A stretch of 64,000 bases of DNA from contig DATLGJ010000021.1 of NCBI GenBank assembly GCA_035540555.1, positions 4,492 through 68,491 on the forward strand. Direction: 5' to 3'. The DNA comes from Candidatus Limnocylindrales bacterium. Lineage in GTDB: Bacteria; Chloroflexota; Limnocylindria; Limnocylindrales; CSP1-4. A model generated the notes under the pieces. The model saw nothing but the letters and a program-made list of their open reading frames with translations. It made no database searches and had not been told where the DNA came from. This document shows, piece after piece, positions 19,299 to 26,480 of the stretch (positions within the stretch are counted from its first letter, which is position 1; each line of letters begins with the position of its first letter). The position numbers and the translations under genes were made by a program.

Positions 19299-20206
19299 AT
19301 GAGCAACACCAGCGCGACGATGCGTCCGAGGTGGACATCACCGAGGAGCAGATCGTCGTTGAAATCGAGCACACCCGCGCCGACATGAGCGGCACGATCG
19401 ATGAGATCGGCCACCGGCTGAATCCGCAGACGATTGCCAGCCAGGCGCGCGACCAGGTACGGGAGGCAACGGTAGGACGAGTGGAACGCTTCGTGGAAGA
19501 CGCGGGTCAGACCGCGCAGGAAACCAGCAACACGGTTATCGACACGCTTCGCCAGAACCCTGTGCCGGCGGCGCTCGCCGCAATCGGCATCGGCTGGCTG
19601 GCCATGCGCGCGCGCGACGCCTCGTCGGGCAACGGCGGGTCACGTCGGAGTGACTATCGCTACGCCAACACGCCGCACGGCTACGCTGACTACGCCACCG
19701 GGTACGGCGGCGCCGGTGGCTACCGTGGCTCAGGCACTGGCTATCAGGGCGTCGGCTCCGGCGCTGGCTACCAGGGCGGCCAGGTCGTGGGCGACCGCAT
19801 GTCCGAGGTGGGCGACCGCATGTCCGAGGCAGGCGACCAGCTTCGGCAGCGGACCGACGAGATGGGCCAGCAGGCTCAGCGCGTGGCCGACGACGTGGCC
19901 CAGCGATCACAGCAGGCCCTGTCGGACGCGCAGTGGCAGGCGGAGCGAGCCGCGGGCCAGGCGCAGCGACAGTTCGACCGCACGCTCCAGGAAAACCCCC
20001 TCGCGCTTGGCGCGCTGGCGATCGGCGTCGGCGCGGCGGTTGGCCTGGCCATTCCCGAGACGCGCCGCGAGCGCGAGCTGATGGGCGAGCAGCGTGACCG
20101 CCTGGTTCACCAGGTCGAGCAGGCTGCCACCGAAGCGCTGGGGCAGGCCGAGCAGGCCGCCCGCGAGACCGGCGAGCAGCTGCAGGAGGAGGCCCGCCAG
20201 GGCTGA
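19295..20206 (+). CDS. DUF3618-like membrane protein with Gly/Tyr-rich segment and coiled-coil
   Basis: The start at 19295 overlaps the preceding stop (ATGA). The N-terminus reads EEQIVVEIEHTRADMSGTIDEIGHRLNP (DUF3618-like). A hydrophobic segment is followed by GYADYATGYGGAGGYRGSGTGYQGVGSGAGYQGG, a Gln/Ala/Arg-rich helix and a second hydrophobic segment. Confidence 0.65.
   Translation: MNEQHQRDDASEVDITEEQIVVEIEHTRADMSGTIDEIGHRLNPQTIASQARDQVREATVGRVERFVEDAGQTAQETSNTVIDTLRQNPVPAALAAIGIGWLAMRARDASSGNGGSRRSDYRYANTPHGYADYATGYGGAGGYRGSGTGYQGVGSGAGYQGGQVVGDRMSEVGDRMSEAGDQLRQRTDEMGQQAQRVADDVAQRSQQALSDAQWQAERAAGQAQRQFDRTLQENPLALGALAIGVGAAVGLAIPETRRERELMGEQRDRLVHQVEQAATEALGQAEQAARETGEQLQEEARQG
19787..19828 (+). 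repeat. perfect 21-bp tandem duplication (2 copies) inside the DUF3618-like CDS
   Basis: gtgggcgaccgcatgtccgag occurs at 19787-19807 and again at 19808-19828. It encodes VGDRMSE-VGDRMSE. Confidence 0.95.
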
Positions 20207-20227
20207 CACCGACTGCAAACGCACGTC

Positions 20228-20264
20228 AAAAAGGGCCGCCCCGCTGGGGGCGGCCCTTTCTTTT
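20228..20264. terminator. bidirectional intrinsic terminator between convergent genes
   Basis: aaaaa, then gggccgcccc (20233-42), loop gctg, ggggcggccc (20247-56), then tttctttt. The 10-bp GC stem is perfect and has A- and T-runs on either side. Confidence 0.85.
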
Positions 20265-20310
20265 GGTGCGCTCGTCAGTCGACGCTCGCTGGCCTATGCC
20301 GGGCGACGCC

Positions 20311-21672
20311 TCAGATGAGCTTGCACGCGGTCACGGCACCCGCCGCGTTGAGCGTAAGGCGCAGCTTGACGTTCACACCGACCACCACCGTCAAAGGCAG
20401 GCTGACGCCGGCCTTGATCTTGAAGGTCTGGCCGCCGACAGTGATCGAGCCCGCAGTCAGGAGCGTCGCGGGTACGTAGGCCGACACCTTGCCGGAGACG
20501 GTCACGTGCGCGCTCACGAACGTGCACAGGTCAACCAGGCCCGCTGTATTGAGGCGCAGCTTGAGGCTGACGTTGACACCAACCTTGACCGCAGCCGGAA
20601 GGCTGACTCCCGCCTTGATCTTGTAGACCTTGCCACCGATGGTGATGGAACCGGTCGTCGTGGCTGTCGCCTTGACGTAGGCCGTCACAAGGCCGCTGGC
20701 GCTGACCGTCGCGCCCGCCAGGGTGCAGCCGGTGATGGCCCCAGAGGAAACCTTCAGGTTGACGTTGACCACGGCGCCAAGCTGGACGCCGGCCGGGAGC
20801 GTGACACCGGCCTTGATCTTGAGCTTGACCCCGCCGATCGTGATCGAGCCGGCGGTCGTGGCGGTCGCCTTGACGTAGGCCGTCACCTTGCCCTGCAGGG
20901 TCAGGTCGCCGGCCACGATGGAGAGGACATTGCACCCCGTGACAAGGCCAGCGGCGTTCAGCAAGAGGTCTGCCTTGAGGTTGACGCCGACCTTGACGTA
21001 CGCCGGCAGGCTGACCCCGGCCTTGATCTTGAAGGTCTGGCCGCCAACCGTGATCGAGCCGTTGCTGGTCGCAGTGGCCTTGACATAGGCAGTGATCAGC
21101 CCCGAGACGGCAACCTTGGCGCTGACCAGGGCGCAGGCGGTGATGAGGCCGGATCCATTGAGCGTCAGGTTGAGCTTCACCCAGGCCCCGACCTTCACTC
21201 CCGCGGGCAGGCTCACCCCGGCCTTGATCTTGTACGCAACCCCGCCGATGGTGATCGAGCCGTTGGTCGACGCGGTCGCCTTGGTATAGGCCGTTACCGT
21301 GCCGGATGCGGTGAGCTTCAGGCTGACGAGCGTGCAACCGACGATCAACCCGTTGAGATTGAGGCTGATCCTGAGCTGCGCCCAGACGCCGACCTTGAGG
21401 TGGGACGGCATGCTGGTGCCGGCCTTGATCTTGTACGCAACCCCGCCGATGGTGATCGAGCCGTTGGCCGCGGCGGTGGCCTTGACGTATGCGGTCACCT
21501 TGCCCGAGACGGTGACCCCGACCCCGACCAGTTGGTTCTGAACGGCCGGCGTAGACGCCGTCTCTGTGTACGCAGCGGCCGCCCTCCCGGACGGGGCGCC
21601 CAGGCTGGTCGCGACCAGAAGTGAGACCGCCAGGACCCCGACCGAGATGCGTAGCCGTGTTAACCGTGACAT
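20311..21672 (-). CDS. secreted repeat protein: signal peptide plus six tandem 67-aa beta-rich repeats, one Cys per repeat
   Basis: ATG 21672 is preceded by GGGAGGAG. The signal peptide reads MSRLTRLRISVGVLAVSLLVATSLGAPSGRAAAA. Six units follow, each of the form SG-x-VTAYVKATA-x3-GSITIGG-x3-KIKAGVSLPA-x-VKVG-x-V-x-L-x-L-x-LN-x2-GL-x3-C. The Cys residues are at 113, 180, 247, 316, 383 and 450. Confidence 0.85.
   Translation of the reverse strand: MSRLTRLRISVGVLAVSLLVATSLGAPSGRAAAAYTETASTPAVQNQLVGVGVTVSGKVTAYVKATAAANGSITIGGVAYKIKAGTSMPSHLKVGVWAQLRISLNLNGLIVGCTLVSLKLTASGTVTAYTKATASTNGSITIGGVAYKIKAGVSLPAGVKVGAWVKLNLTLNGSGLITACALVSAKVAVSGLITAYVKATATSNGSITVGGQTFKIKAGVSLPAYVKVGVNLKADLLLNAAGLVTGCNVLSIVAGDLTLQGKVTAYVKATATTAGSITIGGVKLKIKAGVTLPAGVQLGAVVNVNLKVSSGAITGCTLAGATVSASGLVTAYVKATATTTGSITIGGKVYKIKAGVSLPAAVKVGVNVSLKLRLNTAGLVDLCTFVSAHVTVSGKVSAYVPATLLTAGSITVGGQTFKIKAGVSLPLTVVVGVNVKLRLTLNAAGAVTACKLI
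20314..21516 (-). repeat. about 201-bp in-frame tandem repeat, 6 units
   Basis: Spacing between TAY motifs is 67, 67, 70, 66 and 67 aa. A 49-nt perfect match (21218-21266 vs 21419-21467) lies exactly 201 nt apart. Confidence 0.9.
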
Positions 21673-21870
21673 TTCGCTCCTCCCGTGCTGATGACGTGTG
21701 GCGGCACGTTAGGCACGGGAATGACCGACACCGACCCTTGCCGGCAGTCCATTTCATTACGTGGGCATATACCACCCCCGATAGTGGTGACCACGCGCAA
21801 CAAGCGTCGGTGGATGGCTGGGTCAACAGTGCACATACTCATGGATGGCCATGTCAGGCCGTACGAGCAC

Positions 21871-21901
21871 AAAAAGGGGGCCGTCCGTCGGGACGACCCC
21901 C
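21871..21901 (-). terminator. intrinsic terminator downstream of glnA
   Basis: The minus strand reads GGGGGUCGUCC-CGAC-GGACGGCCCCC-UUUUU. The stem is 11 bp with one G-U pair. It lies 20 nt after the glnA stop. Confidence 0.8.
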
Positions 21902-21920
21902 ATGCGCAGCAGAGTGACTG

Positions 21921-23306
21921 CTAGAACGCTTCGAGGTAGCGCTCGATCTCCCAGGACGAGACCTGCATGCGGTACTCGTCCCATTCATGGCGCTTCGCCT
22001 CGACGAAGCGACTGAAGATGTGCTCGCCGAGGGCATCGCGGATGACGTCGTCCTGCTCGAGCTCGTCGATCGCCTCGCCCAGGGTCCCGGGCAGCTCGCG
22101 GATGCCGCGCTCCCGAATACGCTCTGGTGTCATCTCGTAGAGGCTCTCCTCAACAGGGTCGGCCAGCTCCATGCCCTTCTCGATGCCGTCGAGGCCGGCG
22201 GCCAGCATGGCGGCAAAGGCGAGGTAGGTGTTCGAGGCTGGATCCGGACAGCGCACCTCGAGCCGCGTGGCCTCGATCGACCGGCCGGGCGAGACCTTGG
22301 GCACGCGGATGAGCGCCGAGCGGTTGGTTCGTCCCCAGGTCAGGTAGGTCGGTGCCTCGTAGCCCGGCACCAGCCGCTTGTAGGAGTTGACCAGGGGCGC
22401 CAGCACCGCGCTCATGCCCCGTGCGTGGGCCAGCACGCCCGCCGCATAGGATCGAGCGAGGTCGGACAGGCCGTACTTGGCGTCCGGATCGGCAAAGGCA
22501 TTTCGACCGGCCGAGATGTCGTACAGGCTCTGGTGCGTGTGCATGCCCGAGCCGTTGATGCCGAAGATCGGCTTGGGCATGAAGGTCGCGTACAGGCCGT
22601 GCAGCTGGGCGACGGCCTTGAGCGTGAACTTGAAGGTGACCGCGTTGTCGGCCGTGCGCAGGCCGTCGGCGTACTCGAAGTCGATCTCGTGCTGACCGGG
22701 CGCGACCTCGTGGTGAGCTGCCTCGACGCGGATGCCGAAAGCCTCCAGCGCGTTGACCATGTCCTGCCGCACTTCCTGGGCAAGATCGGTCGAGAAGTCG
22801 AAATAGCCGGCGCTGTCGTGAGGCAGTGCCTTGAGCGCGCCGTTCTCCCGTCGAAAGAGGAAGAACTCGAGCTCCGGACCTGCGTTCCAGACGTACCCCA
22901 GCGCACGTGCCCGCTCCAGCTGGCGCTTGAGGATGTAGCGCGGGTCGCCCAGGAAGGGATCGCCGTTCGGTGTGAACACGTCGCAGATGACACGGGCGGT
23001 GCCCCGGCTGCCCAGGGGTCCGGCTCCCTGGCTGCCGTGACCGGGCTGCCACGGGATCTCGGCAAAGGTGTCCATATCCGGCTTGAGGTACTGGTCGCTC
23101 TCGGCGATGCGGGTGAACCCCTCGACCGAGCTGCCGTCGAACCAGGTGCCGTGCTCGACCGAGCCGGCGAGCTGGTGGAGCGGGATGGTGACGCTCTTGA
23201 CCGATCCGATGATGTCGGTGAACTGAAGCTGAACGAAGCGGATGTTGTTCTCCTTGGCCGCCTCTATCTTCTCCAGCGCGCTCTTCTCGCCGAGATCCAT
23301 GACCAT
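21921..23306 (-). CDS. glnA: glutamine synthetase, type I
   Basis: Family motifs are present: FTDIIGSVKSVTIP, GPELEFFLF, HHEVAPGQHEIDF, GSGMHTHQSL, NSYKRLVPGYEAP and RVPKVSPG. The start is at ATG 23306 (or 23300). Confidence 0.93.
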   Translation of the reverse strand: MVMDLGEKSALEKIEAAKENNIRFVQLQFTDIIGSVKSVTIPLHQLAGSVEHGTWFDGSSVEGFTRIAESDQYLKPDMDTFAEIPWQPGHGSQGAGPLGSRGTARVICDVFTPNGDPFLGDPRYILKRQLERARALGYVWNAGPELEFFLFRRENGALKALPHDSAGYFDFSTDLAQEVRQDMVNALEAFGIRVEAAHHEVAPGQHEIDFEYADGLRTADNAVTFKFTLKAVAQLHGLYATFMPKPIFGINGSGMHTHQSLYDISAGRNAFADPDAKYGLSDLARSYAAGVLAHARGMSAVLAPLVNSYKRLVPGYEAPTYLTWGRTNRSALIRVPKVSPGRSIEATRLEVRCPDPASNTYLAFAAMLAAGLDGIEKGMELADPVEESLYEMTPERIRERGIRELPGTLGEAIDELEQDDVIRDALGEHIFSRFVEAKRHEWDEYRMQVSSWEIERYLEAF

Positions 23307-23400
23307 GCCGTCAGCTAGCCTCCACGGTGTTCTGGTGCATTTGGTGCCGGACGCCACACGGGCGAGGCGTCAGGACTGGTGACTGCGCCAGTTTAGGGGC

Positions 23401-24948
23401 TCAAACGGCCGGGTAGGCCAGTTTGTCCGACGCGTGCTGATCCTCGACTTGGGCGTTTTGAACAACTCTGACCGCGACCGACAGAGAGAAGCGAAGCAGT
23501 GGATCGGACAGTTTCCAGCCAGTTCGTGACTCGATGCGGTCGACCCGGTAGGCCAAGGTGTTGCGGTGGATGCCCAGTGCGGCAGCAGCCTCAGCCAGCC
23601 CAACGTGGTCGAGCAGCGCACGCAGGGTAGCCAGAGTCCGGCGGTCGCGCGATGGCCTGCCGCTGAGGATCGGCGCAAGAAGCTGGCGTGAGTGGCGCTG
23701 AGCGTCGGTCAGCGCGGTCACGCCAGCCGCCAATCGGTACGCGGGCGCGAGGTCTGTGCGTGCGACCGTGCCGCCGTCGGAGGTGGCCAGGGCATCCCTT
23801 TCGGCGAGCGGCAAGGCCTCGAAGGCGTCCAGCGTCGCGCGAGCCTGGGCTTCGACGAGCGCTCGCTCGGTCGGCTCCTCGAAGGGCGGCGACACCGCCA
23901 CCACCCGCCCGAGACGCCGGCTGAGCCGGTCGGCAATCGCCAGGCCACCCGGGTCCGCCGGGCCGGGCGCCGCGACCATCCGAAGCTCGACGCTGGTGGC
24001 GTCACCACGGAGCGCCAGCCGGCGGGCAGGCTCAGAGGTGCGCAGCTCGCTGCGCACTCGCTCGCGCTGCTCCAGGCTCTGCGGGTGATCCTGGACCACC
24101 TGGCGTGCGAGAAGCACCACCCACGGGGGGCCGTCGGCTGGCAACCCGCCCGCCGCGCGCTCGAGCGCGGATGCCGATGCATCGGTGGCACGCCCCAGGA
24201 GCAGGGCCAGGAAGCGAGCGGCGCGCCCGGCTACCACCCGCTCCAGCTCGCTGGGCGGCAGGCTTCCAAGCAGGACCAGCCAGCCCGCACCCGGCAGCTC
24301 AGCGCGCAGGGCTGTGCCGCGCCGACGTCGCAGGTATTCGGTCACCTGATGGGCCTCGTCGGCGGCTTCGATCGGGGCGTGGACTGCCAGCGGTGCGCCA
24401 TCCAGACCCTCGATCGCCGTCGGCCGCGCCAGGAATCGGGCGATCGTCGCCGCCAGGCCGTCGACCCCTGCGCCGGAAAGGGCAGCATGCTCCAGCTGCG
24501 TCTCGAGCGCGGCCGCTCGCTGCTCGAGCTCCGCACGACCGTTGACGACGTAGCCAATGGCCGACCGTTCGAGAGCGGAGACGTCACCGCCGGCCAGGCT
24601 GAAGCTGGCCAGGCCCAGGCGGGCCGCCTGCTCGAGGGTCAGGCCGACGAGGTGCCCGTCGCTGCCGGCATCACCGACCACCACCAGCCCGCTGGCGCCG
24701 GCATTGGCAAGCGCCTCGGCCACGGCCGCCGGCTCGACGGCCAGGCCGGCCAGGCTGCGCAGGGTCGACTCGGCAGCAAGTGCCAGGTCGTCCGCCTCAA
24801 GCACGTCGAAGGCGGGAGTGCGCGCCTTGAGCACGCGCACCCACGCGACCGTACGGCCGAGCGCCGCAGTGCCTTGCCCGGCACGGTCGGGAGCCGTCAG
24901 CCGGGCGCCCGGGAAGACCGCCCGCCAGAGCTCCTCGACGGTCGGCAC
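23401..24948 (-). CDS. PucR/CdaR-family transcriptional regulator
   Basis: The C-terminal HTH reads LRALLDHVGLAEAAAALGIHRNTLAYRVDRIE, typical of PucR C-terminal domains. The start was taken at GTG 24948, 4 nt after the resB-like stop. The longer ORF would overlap that gene by 110 nt. Confidence 0.75.
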   Translation of the reverse strand: MPTVEELWRAVFPGARLTAPDRAGQGTAALGRTVAWVRVLKARTPAFDVLEADDLALAAESTLRSLAGLAVEPAAVAEALANAGASGLVVVGDAGSDGHLVGLTLEQAARLGLASFSLAGGDVSALERSAIGYVVNGRAELEQRAAALETQLEHAALSGAGVDGLAATIARFLARPTAIEGLDGAPLAVHAPIEAADEAHQVTEYLRRRRGTALRAELPGAGWLVLLGSLPPSELERVVAGRAARFLALLLGRATDASASALERAAGGLPADGPPWVVLLARQVVQDHPQSLEQRERVRSELRTSEPARRLALRGDATSVELRMVAAPGPADPGGLAIADRLSRRLGRVVAVSPPFEEPTERALVEAQARATLDAFEALPLAERDALATSDGGTVARTDLAPAYRLAAGVTALTDAQRHSRQLLAPILSGRPSRDRRTLATLRALLDHVGLAEAAAALGIHRNTLAYRVDRIESRTGWKLSDPLLRFSLSVAVRVVQNAQVEDQHASDKLAYPAV

Positions 24949-24952
24949 GGCG

Positions 24953-26401
24953 TCAGCTGCGCGAGGCGCCAACGCTGGGAGCCCGTCCGCGCTCGGGGCG
25001 CCTGCCCAGCCGCACGGCCAGCCCATCGAGGAGCTGCTCGAACTCGCGCTCCGCGTTGACATAGCGGTCGGCCGTCAGGGCGACGCTGAGGCGATCGCCG
25101 TCGAGCCTCGCCCAGACCCGGCGACGCGGGAAGTAGAAGGTCAGCACGAGGCCGGTGATCAGGCTGAGGTACGCGATCCAGATCAGCACCTGTCCAGGGT
25201 CTCGCTTGACGACCATCCCGGTGAACGAGCTCGCCTGCCGCCAGTTGATCGAAAAGCCGCCCGTCTGGGTCGGATCGCTCGTGCCGCCCAGGCCCAGCCC
25301 GCGAACGAAGGCCACTTCAGCCTCCTCCGCATCGGCACCGGGAGTGAGCCCGGTCACGGCCAGCACGGGAACGCCGTCCGTGGTCCGGTCCAGGACCAGC
25401 AGCAGGCCCAGCTCGGAGCCCGGCACGGTGATGAAGCCCTGCGGCCGATCCGCCAGCTCGCCGGCCAGCAGCACCGGGCCGTCCCAGACCAGCGACCCGA
25501 GCGAATCGCGTATCTCGAGCACGGCCGCGGGGCCGAAGGTGTTCTGGTGGAATACCCAGCCATCGATCTCGAGCGGGTCGTTGACCCGGATCGTCTTGCG
25601 CTCCAGCAGCTGGCCGTTCTGGTAGACGGCCAGATCCGTCCGGAAGTCGATGAACGAGCCGTCGGGCCGTGTCGGCGCCTCGAAGCTGATGTTCTTGACC
25701 AGCATGTTGTCGGGCGTGCCGACGGGCCGGACGGGCGCGGTCTGGCCCTCACCGACGAAGAGGACCGTCTCGAAGCCGAAGGCAACGGTCACCGCCCCGC
25801 CCGCGAGAAAGAGGATCAGGCCGAGGTGGGTGAAAAGGGTCGCCATCTTGAAGTAGCGGTTGCGATCACCGTAGAGGTGGACGGCTGTCGAGCCGGCGCC
25901 ATCTTCCAGGGCATCCTCGCGACGGACCTTGAAGCGCCGTTGGCGCAGCGCGGCCGTGACGTCGCCAAGGGCCGCTTCATCAAGGCCGGTGAAGCGAGCT
26001 CGTTCGTCGAGCCGCAGGTCATAGAAGGCTGCCGGCTGAACCGGCTTGATGTGGTGCACGCTGCGCCACAGGCGGGGCGTCCGATCCAGCGTGCACACGA
26101 TGATGCTGACCACCAACAGGGTGAGCAGCAGGATGAACCAGGGTGCTGAGAAGATGCGGAAGAAGCCCAGCCGCTCGAAAACGTCGACCACTACAGGGCC
26201 GGCGTGGAAGCCGAGCACGGCCAGCGACTCGAACTGGCGCTGCAAGCCGGCCATCTCCTCGGCGTAGGCGGCCGGGTTGTGCAGGGCAAAGGCGGGCAGC
26301 TGCGGCACGAGCGTGCCGATCAGCCCGGCGACAGCCAGCAGGATGATCTGGACGACGGCGAAGCGGACGCTGGTCAGCGTCCGCCAGGCGACGCGGCCCA
26401 T
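24953..26401 (-). CDS. resB: ResB/Ccs1-family cytochrome c biogenesis protein
   Basis: The N-terminus reads SVRFAVVQIILLAVAGLIGTLVPQ...FSAPWFILLLTLLVVSIIVCTLDR. The C-terminus reads MVVKRDPGQVLIWIAYLSLITGLVLTFYFPRRRVW. The topology is ResB-like, with a large central loop. Confidence 0.8.
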   Translation of the reverse strand: MGRVAWRTLTSVRFAVVQIILLAVAGLIGTLVPQLPAFALHNPAAYAEEMAGLQRQFESLAVLGFHAGPVVVDVFERLGFFRIFSAPWFILLLTLLVVSIIVCTLDRTPRLWRSVHHIKPVQPAAFYDLRLDERARFTGLDEAALGDVTAALRQRRFKVRREDALEDGAGSTAVHLYGDRNRYFKMATLFTHLGLILFLAGGAVTVAFGFETVLFVGEGQTAPVRPVGTPDNMLVKNISFEAPTRPDGSFIDFRTDLAVYQNGQLLERKTIRVNDPLEIDGWVFHQNTFGPAAVLEIRDSLGSLVWDGPVLLAGELADRPQGFITVPGSELGLLLVLDRTTDGVPVLAVTGLTPGADAEEAEVAFVRGLGLGGTSDPTQTGGFSINWRQASSFTGMVVKRDPGQVLIWIAYLSLITGLVLTFYFPRRRVWARLDGDRLSVALTADRYVNAEREFEQLLDGLAVRLGRRPERGRAPSVGASRS

Positions 26402-26480
26402 CCGGCCGATGGGATCGATGAGGGTGGCCGGCCTGCGCCGGCCGATACTGATCGTTGCGATGACAGGTACTTCCGATGTG

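Noticed and set aside
18550-21516. Regular tandem repeats (18-bp and 201-bp arrays) considered as a possible CRISPR or other non-coding array.
   Set aside because: The units are contiguous with no unique spacers. They are multiples of 3 nt and sit in frame inside well-supported ORFs. No cas genes are present.
21740-21790. A 16-codon upstream ORF (MKWTAGKGRCRSFPCL) in the leader of the repeat-protein gene.
   Set aside because: It has no RBS and nothing to test conservation against. Such short ORFs arise by chance, so it is not reported as a feature.
20263-21826. Two long alternative-frame ORFs across the repeat locus (20263-21624 plus strand, 20531-21826 minus strand). Both also look repetitive.
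   Set aside because: Their periodicity is simply inherited from the 201-bp DNA repeat. Only the 20311-21672 frame has a signal peptide, a strong RBS and protein-like composition. The other two are Arg/Asp/Gly-rich and have no start context.
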